Positions 1-9,782 of a stretch of 64,000 nucleotides of DNA are shown here, in pieces (within the stretch, counting starts at the first letter, position 1; every line of letters starts with the position of its first letter). The DNA is from a virus. The DNA lies in the IMG/VR virus record IMGVR_UViG_3300008110_000034, positions 116,862-180,861 of that record. One strand, written 5' to 3'. Under the pieces are notes generated by a model. The model was not told the origin of the DNA. It worked only from the letters and a program-made list of their open reading frames with translations, and did not search any database. The translations under genes were made by a program, and so were the position numbers.

Positions 1-1
1 A

Positions 2-469
2 TTAGCTGTTCAAATCAATCGTGTTGCTAACTTGATCGCTCAGCGTACACGTCGCGGTGCTGGTAACTGGGCAGTTGTTAGCCCAACAGCATTAACAATC
101 CTTCAAAGTGCTACAACTTCTGCGTTCGCAAGAACAACAGAAGGTACATTCGAAGCACCTACAAACACTAAGTTTGTTGGTACATTGAACAGTGCAATGA
201 AGATCTATGTAAACAGCTATGCAACTACTGATAACGTTCTAGTTGGTTACAAAGGTACAAGCGAAAGTGATGCTGCTGCATTCTACTGCCCATATATTCC
301 ATTAATGAGCAGTGGTGTTGTTCTAGATCCAGCAACATTCGAACCAGTCGTAAGCTTTATGACTCGTTATGGATATGTTGAATTAAGCAACACAGCAAGT
401 TCTTTAGGTAACGCAGCTGACTACCTAGGTCTTGTTAACATCACTACAGCTAACGTTAAGTTTAGCTAA
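2..469 (+). CDS. gp23: Major capsid protein, C-terminal part (5' truncated by window edge)
   Basis: Open frame from position 2; T4-like MCP C-terminal motifs (IAQRTRRGAGN, YCPYIPL, PVVSFMTRYG); followed by a strong terminator. Confidence 0.9.
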   Translation, partial: LAVQINRVANLIAQRTRRGAGNWAVVSPTALTILQSATTSAFARTTEGTFEAPTNTKFVGTLNSAMKIYVNSYATTDNVLVGYKGTSESDAAAFYCPYIPLMSSGVVLDPATFEPVVSFMTRYGYVELSNTASSLGNAADYLGLVNITTANVKFS

Positions 470-500
470 TCTAAAAACTTTACAAAAGTTTTTAATTTTA

Positions 501-528
501 AAAAGGGCTCTTCGGAGTCCTTTTTTTT
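501..528 (+). terminator. Rho-independent terminator after the capsid gene
   Basis: AAAAGGGCTC-TTCG-GAGTCCTTTT stem with C(UUCG)G loop followed by a T8 run. Confidence 0.9.
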
Positions 529-531
529 AGG

Positions 532-537
532 TAAATA
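532..537 (+). promoter_or_regulatory. T4-type late promoter core TAAATA, 5 nt before ATG 543
   Basis: Hexamer recurs in many intergenic gaps upstream of virion genes; resembles T4 TATAAATA. Confidence 0.65.
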
Positions 538-542
538 TTTTT

Positions 543-1055
543 ATGCTTACTGAAATTAGAAAAACCCCACAAACTATTTTTCAAATGCCAACCGGCGACG
601 ACAATGTAAATTGGACAAACTTAGATGCAATAAAAAGACCTGATGGGTTTGCACTTACTGATAAAGAATTATACTATATTTCTGGAGTCACTAATGTAAG
701 TTTTAGAAATTCTGCAGCACAAGTCTGGGCAACAGAATTTAATTTTGAAAATTTAGGTACTATTTTAGGAATAGAAGTTCAACTAGTTACACAACGTCTT
801 TCAAGAATACAAGATAAACTTATATCTTTATGTTATCAAGATCAAATCATAGAGGAAAACAAGTTTAATCTTAAAGCTGAAAATGATCAAACTTACGGAT
901 CAAATAACGATCTATGGGGCAGAGTTTGGACAGCCGAAGAAATCCAAGATCCATCGTTTGGTGTAGTAATAGAACTACAACCTCATTTATTTTACCCCCA
1001 CAGTGAGCTAGGTCTAATAGATTTTATAGCTATTAAAATATACCACGATTCGTAG
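543..1055 (+). CDS. Hypothetical protein, possibly virion-associated beta-sandwich
   Basis: 170-aa ORF within the late cluster; no recognisable motif. Confidence 0.6.
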   Translation: MLTEIRKTPQTIFQMPTGDDNVNWTNLDAIKRPDGFALTDKELYYISGVTNVSFRNSAAQVWATEFNFENLGTILGIEVQLVTQRLSRIQDKLISLCYQDQIIEENKFNLKAENDQTYGSNNDLWGRVWTAEEIQDPSFGVVIELQPHLFYPHSELGLIDFIAIKIYHDS

Positions 1056-1070
1056 AAATCTCCGCACGGA

Positions 1071-1142
1071 TAAATACTATGTCTATTATAGAACTCAGCA
1101 ATGAGACTTATGCGGTAGCCCGCCGCGTAGACTTAGAACGTC
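1071..1142 (+). promoter_or_regulatory. TAAATA promoter followed by a GC-rich structured 5' leader
   Basis: TAAATA 1071-1076; hairpins CTCA-GCAA-TGAG (1094-1105) and TATGCGG/CCGCGTA (1109-1129); SD AAGGAG at 1149-1154. Confidence 0.5.
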
Positions 1143-1161
1143 AACATAAAGGAGAAAACAA

Positions 1162-1578
1162 ATGGGACGCCCTCTTAACAAAAGACACTTCGGGTCTTTA
1201 AGCAACGAAAATCCAGATCAATCAATCAAATGTAACTTCCACGATGGAACTGCTATTAGACAGGATAGAAATATTCTAAAGCAGACAAGTCGTAATAAAT
1301 TTGCTTGTAAAAACAATACCACAGGTTCTAACTCAGCCGTTACTACAATTGAAGCAGAAATAACTGCTGGTACAGCATTTGTCTGTACTAATGTTGACGT
1401 AGCAACTGGTTCATTAACTGCTGGACAAATGAATATTATTGGTGCCGTAGTTGGCGCAGGATCTGTTAGAGTTAAAAGACTAACAGCGCACTATGCATAC
1501 GACTGGAGTGACAATCGTTATACATGGACTGTTGACGACGATTCAACATCGACACAGTTAACATTAACCGCAGTATAA
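1162..1578 (+). CDS. Probable virion structural protein
   Basis: 138 aa, strong SD, first gene of the fibre cluster. Confidence 0.6.
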   Translation: MGRPLNKRHFGSLSNENPDQSIKCNFHDGTAIRQDRNILKQTSRNKFACKNNTTGSNSAVTTIEAEITAGTAFVCTNVDVATGSLTAGQMNIIGAVVGAGSVRVKRLTAHYAYDWSDNRYTWTVDDDSTSTQLTLTAV

Positions 1579-1591
1579 TTAGGAAATAAAC

Positions 1592-2584
1592 ATGTCAAAG
1601 ATAGTTAGAGTAACTGGCGGCGACTACAAAATAGTCGTTGATAATGGTAGTAGTATATTTTTAGATACGTCGGACGGAAATGGGCTTATTACCGTAAACG
1701 GCGATCTATTAGTTACCGGATCAACGACTACAGTTCAGTCAACTAATCTAACTGTCACTGACAATGTTATTGAAATTAATGCCGGCGAACAAGGTAACGG
1801 AGTTTCTCAAAACGGGAACTCTGCCGGTGTTAATATTCAACGTGGTGCGTACAGCGATGCAAGATTATTGTTTAAAGAAACAGAATCTCATTACGATCCT
1901 TCAACTGCTCTAACTACTTTTGGTACATGGGTTTTTGAGGAAGCTGACGGATCTTTATTAGGTATTAAAACTAACAGCATTAAAACAGGAACCAATCAAG
2001 ATCTAAATCTTATAGGTAACGGTACTGGAGTTATAACAGTTAAAAATACAGTTAACTACGAACAACAAGTTATTAACTATAGTGCGATTCCGTATACAAG
2101 TAAAGGCGATGATATAGTTCCAAACATGAAAGCATTAGTAGATTATGTACAATCTTATGTAACTAATACTACTAGTGATAGAATAAAATCAGGAAGCAAT
2201 CCGTTAATTACATCAGTTCAAGTAACAGATACTGGCGCAGTATCTTTAGCAAATAAAGTTGATTTTCTAGTACACGGAGTACAGAAAGCCTTTATTAACT
2301 CAACTGGTCTTAATGTAAACAATTTAAATTTATCTAGCAGTACTGTTACAACTACTACAGGTAATTTAATTATTACAGCAACTACAAATAATATTGATTT
2401 TGATGCTTATATGAATTTAGAAAATCAAGCATCTGACCCTGCACTAAGAGCTGGCTACAAAAAGATTTACGCAAAAGCAGGAGAAGGCAACGGCGGCACA
2501 GGATTATATTTTATTAACGAAGGCGGAACAACAGATGAATTAATCAGTAAAACAAAATCTTTGTTGTACTCATTAATTTTATAA
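1592..2584 (+). CDS. Virion/tail-fibre-associated structural protein
   Basis: 330 aa, fibre-like segment (VNGDLLVTGSTTTVQSTNLTVTDNVIEIN), G/T/N-rich. Confidence 0.6.
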   Translation: MSKIVRVTGGDYKIVVDNGSSIFLDTSDGNGLITVNGDLLVTGSTTTVQSTNLTVTDNVIEINAGEQGNGVSQNGNSAGVNIQRGAYSDARLLFKETESHYDPSTALTTFGTWVFEEADGSLLGIKTNSIKTGTNQDLNLIGNGTGVITVKNTVNYEQQVINYSAIPYTSKGDDIVPNMKALVDYVQSYVTNTTSDRIKSGSNPLITSVQVTDTGAVSLANKVDFLVHGVQKAFINSTGLNVNNLNLSSSTVTTTTGNLIITATTNNIDFDAYMNLENQASDPALRAGYKKIYAKAGEGNGGTGLYFINEGGTTDELISKTKSLLYSLIL

Positions 2585-2593
2585 GGAATTCAA

Positions 2594-2911
2594 ATGGCAA
2601 TTAAAAACACACTTTTAACTGGAAGTAATCAAAACATAATTCCTACAATTGCAGCAGGTACTAGTATTGCAGTGACTACAGTATTTTTATGTAATAATAG
2701 TGGTGCAGGTGTAACCGTAGACTTATATGTTTGCGAGCCATCAGCATCACCTAGTGCAACTAATATAGTATTGAGTGCTGTACCAATTGATCCAAACGAT
2801 ACATTTGTGTTTTCAGCAGAAAGAATGATTTTATCAACCAACAGTTCTATTCAAGCTAGTTGTTCAACACCTAGCGTAGTAGCAGCGACAGTGAGTTATG
2901 TGGATATTTAA
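2594..2911 (+). CDS. Small virion beta-sandwich protein (fibre accessory)
   Basis: 105 aa alternating-hydrophobic beta pattern typical of small structural proteins in T4-like fibre clusters. Confidence 0.55.
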   Translation: MAIKNTLLTGSNQNIIPTIAAGTSIAVTTVFLCNNSGAGVTVDLYVCEPSASPSATNIVLSAVPIDPNDTFVFSAERMILSTNSSIQASCSTPSVVAATVSYVDI

Positions 2912-2913
2912 TT

Positions 2914-3408
2914 ATGGCAGGTACACTATTAAGACAAAGTTTAAGTGGTAATTTAATAACTGCTAACAGACTAGTAGTTACGTCTGACGGCAATATTGAG
3001 CTAAATCCAACTTCAACAGTAACAGTAAATGGCGGTTTACTAGTTGCAAACACTATTCAAGCATCATCATTAACTTTATCTGGGACAATATCTGCAACTG
3101 GCGGACTGATTGGAGACTTAATAGGTTCAGTATTTGCTGACGATTCAACTACAATTATTGACGGACTGACCGGTAATGTATATGCAACCGAATTAAGTTT
3201 AGGAACAGATTTAGCAGTGCAATATGGAGGCACTGGCGCTGGAACATTTACAGCGAACGGTATAATATTTGGAAACACTACTGGCGCATTACAAGTTACT
3301 GCCGCTAGTAATCCAGGATCAAATGCCACAACAAGTTATGGAATTTTAACCACTGACGGTTCAAACATACCAACATGGACAGACGTCATTGACGGAGGAA
3401 CAATTTAA
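2914..3408 (+). CDS. Short fibre-like structural protein
   Basis: 164 aa; GGTGAGTFTANGIIFG fibre module; ends in DGGTI; TAATG overlap with the next gene. Confidence 0.6.
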   Translation: MAGTLLRQSLSGNLITANRLVVTSDGNIELNPTSTVTVNGGLLVANTIQASSLTLSGTISATGGLIGDLIGSVFADDSTTIIDGLTGNVYATELSLGTDLAVQYGGTGAGTFTANGIIFGNTTGALQVTAASNPGSNATTSYGILTTDGSNIPTWTDVIDGGTI

Positions 3409-6400
3409 TGTCAACTCGTATTAGACACAAACGGTCAACAACATCTGGTGTAGCTCCCACAGGCGTGCAACTTGACACTGGAGAATTTGTAATTAATACG
3501 GCTGACGGTAAAGTTTTCATTAAAAAAGAAGATACAACTGTTAGTGATATTACAAAACGATCATTCCAAGGCGACACAAAAATAGAAGCTTACGATGATG
3601 GTGTTACAACAAGCAATATTAAGGCTACAATTGACGGCGCTGATCAACTTATCATAACCCCAACAGAAGTCCAATCGCACGGCGACATTGTAGTCGAAAA
3701 TGCCAACAGTATAAAATTAAGTGAACTTACTGCCAATGGCTCCAATTATATAGGCATCAAAGCACCTGACACTCTTATTGCAGATTACACCTTAACATTA
3801 CCTACAGCAACAGGATCTATTGGACAAGTATTAGGAACTGATGGATCAGGTAATCTTAGTTTTAGAGATGTAGATACATTTGGCGGTAATAGAATTTATG
3901 TGTCAGATGCTAAAGGTAACGATTTAAATGACGGAGTTAGTGCTCCGGTTAAAACTGTTAAACGTGCGCTACAACTAGCTTCGGCACTTGTTTACACGTC
4001 GGGGGGAGCAGTTAACGGTACTAGAGTAATTGTTTCAGTAGCAGCCGGCGACTATTCTGAAGACAACCCAATTATTGTACCAGACAATGTTGTTGTTAAA
4101 GGTGACGGTCTAAGAAGTTGTATTATTAGACCACTGAATGCAAATAAAGATATGTTACGTGTGCGTAACGGTTGTTATTTTGCAGAAATGACATTTAGAG
4201 ATGCAGTTGATGCCAGCTTTGTTCCGCAATTTACATGGGACTATACAGTATCGTTTGACGATTACACCGATGCAGGTACTAGCAGAGTAGGTTACACATA
4301 TCTACCAAGCACAAAACCAGTTATTACAACTTCTCCATACATTCAGAACTGTTCTATTATCAGTTTCTTAGGCGGTAATGGTGTATTGATTGACGGTAGT
4401 AAAGTTATAGATCCTAACACTTCACCGACCCAGTTAGAAGTTGAAAATCCCGTAAGCGGTCCGGCACCAAGTCAAGGTAAATCCATGGTTGCTAATGCGT
4501 TTACCATGTTAAGTTTTGGCGGTACAGGTTGGCGAGTTATTAACGATGCATACTCTCAGATTGTTAGCTGTTTCCAAATTTTCTTACTTAACGGTGTTTA
4601 CTGTCAAAGCGGCGGCTATGTTTCGATCACTAACTCTGCTACTAACTTTGGTCTATATGCCTTAAGATCTAGCGGTTACAGTCCTAGTGCATTTGATTTT
4701 GATAAGTCGATAGCAGTTGCTACAGGTACAGTTGACGGTTTTCAGACTTTAGAAATAATCGGGTTAGGACGAGCAGGTCCTCCAATTGAACAATTTGTAA
4801 TCAGAGTCAGAGACGGCTCAAATGTTGACATTACCAGCAGTTTTGCACCAGCAACTACTACAGTGTCATTTAATTCTGCTACTGCTGTAGATACTGTAAC
4901 AAATATTTTTACAATTAACAGTCACGGATTTTTAAACACTGATGCAGTAGTATACGACGCCAATGGCGGAACTATAATTAGTGGGCTTGACGACGAACAA
5001 ACATATTATATAGGGTATTTGACTGCTAATACATTTAAATTATTTTATGATGAAAGTTTAGCATTTGAAGTTAATGTTCTAGCAGTAGGATCAGGAACCC
5101 AATACTTTATTACAGGTGTTGAAGAGTTCTTCGTAAATGATATCATTGAAGATCATACCACTTATCAAACACTTACACTAGCAGCTGGAGTGTATAATTT
5201 TGTTCCAGGAAGAGCAATTACCGGAGTAACCGGAGCCGATCCAAACAGTGCATATGTTTATAGTTATGATCCTTTGACCTATGAACTGGTAGTTTCTATT
5301 AATAATGTTATCATCGGCTCTAGTACTGTAAGAAAATTATTCACAGGATCTAGTACAATTGACGCTGATCATACTAACCCTACTCCAGTGACTTCTATTG
5401 GGGTATCGTCAGTTGTGTCAAAAACTGATTTAGGTAGTGCAAGATTTTCAATTAATTGTACACAAGTTGGCGGAGTATTAACTAATCTAAGCAATTTACC
5501 AGAAAATCAAATCTGGTTCCATAGACCAAGTATTGTTAATAGTTCAGGACACACCTGGGAATACGCTGGTTCAGGAACAGACTATAATGCGTTACCACAA
5601 AACGGCGGTGAAGGCAGAGCAGAATATGAACAAGTTCGAGAATTACCTGGACGAGTTTATACTTCAGGTACTAACGAACTAGGCGACTTTAAAGTTGGTG
5701 ATTTTATTACAGCGTTTAACAGAACAGGTAATATTACATTTAATAATAAAGTTACTGTAGGTACTTTAGATACTTTAAGATTAAGTTTATCAAATGTTAT
5801 TATTACAGCGATTTCAACAGATCCTGATTTAGGCGACAATGATCCAGGCGGTGCTAGCGACAGTAGACTTAATACTCAGTTAGCTGCTAGATCGTTCATG
5901 AACAATAGACTAGGTCCGTTTATTGACCAAAGCGTAAGCACAAATGCAATTCCGGGAGCATTAATTCAATTAAATGCTAACGGATTGATCAACAGCGATT
6001 TATTACCAGCTACACGAACATTTGTAAGTACAACCGTGCTTGGTTACGGAGAAAGAGTAAATCAGTGGGAAGATGTTCCTCCGTCAGATTTGTTAAACGG
6101 TGATATTACTAGCGAAGAATACGAACAAAGAAATTTAACTCTAAGTTCTGCAATAACAGCATCTGATGGTGCAGTAATTACACAGGCAGTTACTGGAGCA
6201 ACAGGATATTTAAAAGGGTCAGTAACTAGTTCGACTAGCATTGTAGTTGCAAGTACAAGAGATACTTTTAATGCAACATTTAATGCTGTAAACAATTTAA
6301 CTATTAACGGGGATGCAACTCCGTCAGATACTAACACTGCGGTTAATCCTACCGTTGTGGGATCAACAAGTGCAACGGTTGACAATTATTTCTTAGCCTA

Positions 6401-9400
6401 TAGCTTAGAAAGTCAGTTCTTAAAACTTAATACATCGGGCACTTATAATTTTACTAACGTATCTATTAGCACCGTTGCTAGAAATGGTAGTAATGTAGCT
6501 ACCATTGTTACTGCTACAAATCATAATTTAGCTAACGATAGTTTTGTAAAGATTGTATGTAGTGATTCAACATTTGACAGTGTTGCGGAAATTACAGTCG
6601 TTGATCCAACAACATTTACCTACACTAATGCAGGAAGTGTAGTAACAACAACCGCAGCCACAGGAACTGTTCGAAGCGTTATTACTAGTGCATCAACTGG
6701 AGCACAGGGCGTACTAACTGAATATAGACCAGGCGCAGTTGCAACAGTTAACAATGCAGGCTTAACAGCAGGTTCAGGATATTTAACTGCCGGAATTTAT
6801 AGAAGTGTATCATTAACTACTAGCGGAGCAGGAACCGGAGCAAAAGCCGATATTACTGTATCTGCCGGTGGCGCAGTTACTAGTGTTGATATAGTCAGAA
6901 GCGGTAGCGGATATATTGTTGGTGATACACTGTCAGCGGCTGATGCAGATATTGGCGGAAGAAGCGGCGGAACAGCATTTAGTATTACAATATCTCAAAT
7001 TGAAAAAAGAGCATATGTTGACTTAATTGGCGGCCAAACGTTTATTGCAAGCTCAGGAAGTCCAGACTTTGTTGCAGATAACAATGCAACTGTAAACACT
7101 ATTACATTAACCGGCTCTTTAGCAATTTCTTTCAACGCAGCGGATATAGGTACAGGTGGCGATGTAACATATGCTACTAGCAAAATTACAAAAACTGGAC
7201 ACGGATTCAATAATGGGGATCCATTAAGATATATAAGTGCTCCTAATGTCGCTATTGGCGGATTAACAAACAATACCGTTGTATACGCAAAAAGATTAGA
7301 TGCAGATAATTTAGAATTATACTCAGATTATAATTTATCAACACAGATTACGTTTACATCATCTAGTAGCGGTACACACAGTCTTACTCGATATGTGATT
7401 GATACAGTAAGCAACACAATTGTAATATCATCACACGGGTTAAGCACAGGCAATGCTATTCAAATTACTGGTGCTAGTCTTTTTAGTATTGATGGTGTTG
7501 CAATTAGTTCTGATACTTATTATTTTGTAGGTAGTATAACTACAAACAGCTTTACTATTCATACTTTAAGATCCGATGCTTTAATTAGTACCGGTGGATT
7601 AGTAACTAATCCTCTAAATATAACTGCGCAAGGCAGCAGCACTGCACACATAATCACACAAAATGTTCAAGTGGTTGCAATTGTTAATACTAGTTCTAGA
7701 ACAGCAGGAAACTGGAATAGTTTATCAGCAAGTACTATTGATGCAAGTAATATTGTAAGCGGAGTAGTAAGTACTTCTAGGCTAGCATCAGCAGGAACTG
7801 CTAATAGCTCAACATTCTTAAGAGGCGATAGTTCTTGGGCCCCAGTTGTACAAAGCGTAGATAAAGCATTAAACAGTCCTTTAACAGTCACTGGCACTGG
7901 ATCTGGTCCTTATACTGGAACAGTTACATTAGATGTAAACAGAGTTGACCTTGCCTTAGCCAGCGGAAACTATTCAAACGAAGGTGTGGCTAGTTTTAAT
8001 ACAGATCAATTTAATGTTGGTACCGTTGGAACTGTTGGTAAGGTATTCATCAAGGCAGGTGTTATTGACGCTGGCACATTAGACACCTACGACAGCAGTT
8101 ATTTCTTGGATCCGGGTAATTTAACCAGTGCAGTTCCTACATCTAAAGGTGGTACTGCTCTAACCAGTTATGCAACTGGCGATATAATTTATTCTAGCGC
8201 AACTAATGTTCTAAGTAAGTTAGCCATTGGTGCTACTGGAACAGTGCTTGATAGTTCTGGTACCGCACCCCAGTGGAGTCCAAACTTAACGCTAGCAAAA
8301 GGACTAACAGTAAATAGCAACTCTATAACAGTTGGCTCAGTATCAAAAGCATCAATATTTGATACCAATGCTCGGACTGTTAGTGTTGGATCGGCTGCAG
8401 GTTCGACCTTTATCGGCGAGTCAAGTACAAGTATTGATTTAGCATCAGATGTGGTCAGCTATACGGCAGCAACTAGTGTATATGTATCAGTTAACTTAGC
8501 AACATTTACAAAAGCCACTAGCGCAACTTCAGGCAACGGAACTGCAATTTTATTTTTTGCGGATACCACTAGCATACGAGTTGGACAGGTAGTAACAGTA
8601 GCAGCAGGTACTATACCAGCAAGTACAACTGTTACTGGATTTGGATCCGCCGGGGAAGTTTATCTAAGTGCAACCATTACCAGTTCAATACTGTCAGCGG
8701 TAACAGTTACATTCCAAGAAACTCCTGTTAGTGTTGGTATAAGCGAGGGCGATTATGTTACGATTGCAGGTTCTACTCTTACTAATTTAGACGGAACATG
8801 GCCAGTATACGGTGCATCTGCAGCAGCAAACAGTTTTGTAATTAATACAAGTAATGTTGTTACTGCATCGGCAGTAACACAACTTGGAACTATTGTTAGA
8901 ATAAATTCAATTGTATTAAGGACTAGTAGATTAGTAGTAGGAGCATCGGGAGCAGCAGCGCCTGCATTTGGTGCAACAATCAGAGGTTGCGACGCCATGG
9001 GTGTTAACGTCACAGCATCTGATCTAGTAATACAACCAGGACTAGCAACCGGCTCGGGCACTAGCGGAAATTTTGTTGTTAAAGTTGGTACTGGCGGAGT
9101 CACAGGGTTTACACAACATCCTACTGGTACTGCTCGACTAACAATCAGCAGTACAACAGCAACCTTTGCAACCGATGTTGCAATCAACGGCGGCGATCTT
9201 ACAACATCAGCATCAACATTTAATATTGGTAATACCGCTACTACCACACATACTACAAATTTAGATACTGCTGCCACTGTTAGCGGTGCAACAAAAACTA
9301 TAAACATTGGAACAGGCGGCGTTAGCGGTTCTACAACAGAAATTAATATTGGAACATCTGTTAGCGGTGCTACCTCTAATGTTAATATTAACGGTAATTT

Positions 9401-9752
9401 AACAATCAGTGGAGCAAGCATTGGTACAAGCCCCGAGGTTACAGGTATAACCAATGCAAGCACAACTGTAGTAGATACATGGGCCGTGGCAACTTATCGT
9501 GTGGTAAAATATATTGTATCAATAACTTGTACTGCAGGAACCGATAACGGCACTTATCAAACTAGCGAGTTATTAGTCATACACGACGGAACAACTGCTA
9601 CTCTAACAGAATATGCAGTGGTAAAAACAGGATCAAACGAATTAATTACATTTACCTGCGACATCAGTGGCGGTAATGTAAGATTACTAGGACAAGCAAC
9701 TACAGGTAATACAGTTAAAGTGAGACCAAATAGAACACTAGTAAACTTATAA
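3408..9752 (+). CDS. Giant multidomain tail fibre / receptor-binding protein (2114 aa)
   Basis: N-terminal RHKRS...GEFVINTADGKVF fibre-start motif; beta-helix-like region (IYVSDAKGNDLNDG...GDY.EDNPIIVPDNVVVKGDGLR); repeated H-G/N-L beta-barrel units; C-terminal VDTW...YRVVKY...ELLVIHDG domain. Confidence 0.8.
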   Translation: MSTRIRHKRSTTSGVAPTGVQLDTGEFVINTADGKVFIKKEDTTVSDITKRSFQGDTKIEAYDDGVTTSNIKATIDGADQLIITPTEVQSHGDIVVENANSIKLSELTANGSNYIGIKAPDTLIADYTLTLPTATGSIGQVLGTDGSGNLSFRDVDTFGGNRIYVSDAKGNDLNDGVSAPVKTVKRALQLASALVYTSGGAVNGTRVIVSVAAGDYSEDNPIIVPDNVVVKGDGLRSCIIRPLNANKDMLRVRNGCYFAEMTFRDAVDASFVPQFTWDYTVSFDDYTDAGTSRVGYTYLPSTKPVITTSPYIQNCSIISFLGGNGVLIDGSKVIDPNTSPTQLEVENPVSGPAPSQGKSMVANAFTMLSFGGTGWRVINDAYSQIVSCFQIFLLNGVYCQSGGYVSITNSATNFGLYALRSSGYSPSAFDFDKSIAVATGTVDGFQTLEIIGLGRAGPPIEQFVIRVRDGSNVDITSSFAPATTTVSFNSATAVDTVTNIFTINSHGFLNTDAVVYDANGGTIISGLDDEQTYYIGYLTANTFKLFYDESLAFEVNVLAVGSGTQYFITGVEEFFVNDIIEDHTTYQTLTLAAGVYNFVPGRAITGVTGADPNSAYVYSYDPLTYELVVSINNVIIGSSTVRKLFTGSSTIDADHTNPTPVTSIGVSSVVSKTDLGSARFSINCTQVGGVLTNLSNLPENQIWFHRPSIVNSSGHTWEYAGSGTDYNALPQNGGEGRAEYEQVRELPGRVYTSGTNELGDFKVGDFITAFNRTGNITFNNKVTVGTLDTLRLSLSNVIITAISTDPDLGDNDPGGASDSRLNTQLAARSFMNNRLGPFIDQSVSTNAIPGALIQLNANGLINSDLLPATRTFVSTTVLGYGERVNQWEDVPPSDLLNGDITSEEYEQRNLTLSSAITASDGAVITQAVTGATGYLKGSVTSSTSIVVASTRDTFNATFNAVNNLTINGDATPSDTNTAVNPTVVGSTSATVDNYFLAYSLESQFLKLNTSGTYNFTNVSISTVARNGSNVATIVTATNHNLANDSFVKIVCSDSTFDSVAEITVVDPTTFTYTNAGSVVTTTAATGTVRSVITSASTGAQGVLTEYRPGAVATVNNAGLTAGSGYLTAGIYRSVSLTTSGAGTGAKADITVSAGGAVTSVDIVRSGSGYIVGDTLSAADADIGGRSGGTAFSITISQIEKRAYVDLIGGQTFIASSGSPDFVADNNATVNTITLTGSLAISFNAADIGTGGDVTYATSKITKTGHGFNNGDPLRYISAPNVAIGGLTNNTVVYAKRLDADNLELYSDYNLSTQITFTSSSSGTHSLTRYVIDTVSNTIVISSHGLSTGNAIQITGASLFSIDGVAISSDTYYFVGSITTNSFTIHTLRSDALISTGGLVTNPLNITAQGSSTAHIITQNVQVVAIVNTSSRTAGNWNSLSASTIDASNIVSGVVSTSRLASAGTANSSTFLRGDSSWAPVVQSVDKALNSPLTVTGTGSGPYTGTVTLDVNRVDLALASGNYSNEGVASFNTDQFNVGTVGTVGKVFIKAGVIDAGTLDTYDSSYFLDPGNLTSAVPTSKGGTALTSYATGDIIYSSATNVLSKLAIGATGTVLDSSGTAPQWSPNLTLAKGLTVNSNSITVGSVSKASIFDTNARTVSVGSAAGSTFIGESSTSIDLASDVVSYTAATSVYVSVNLATFTKATSATSGNGTAILFFADTTSIRVGQVVTVAAGTIPASTTVTGFGSAGEVYLSATITSSILSAVTVTFQETPVSVGISEGDYVTIAGSTLTNLDGTWPVYGASAAANSFVINTSNVVTASAVTQLGTIVRINSIVLRTSRLVVGASGAAAPAFGATIRGCDAMGVNVTASDLVIQPGLATGSGTSGNFVVKVGTGGVTGFTQHPTGTARLTISSTTATFATDVAINGGDLTTSASTFNIGNTATTTHTTNLDTAATVSGATKTINIGTGGVSGSTTEINIGTSVSGATSNVNINGNLTISGASIGTSPEVTGITNASTTVVDTWAVATYRVVKYIVSITCTAGTDNGTYQTSELLVIHDGTTATLTEYAVVKTGSNELITFTCDISGGNVRLLGQATTGNTVKVRPNRTLVNL

Positions 9753-9782
9753 TAAATAGAATAACGGTGGAAAGGGAAACCG

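Noticed and set aside
1079-1201. 40-codon ORF starting 2 nt after TAAATA and overlapping the 1162 gene
   Set aside because: No recognisable protein features; the region is better explained as a structured leader, though leaderless translation cannot be excluded
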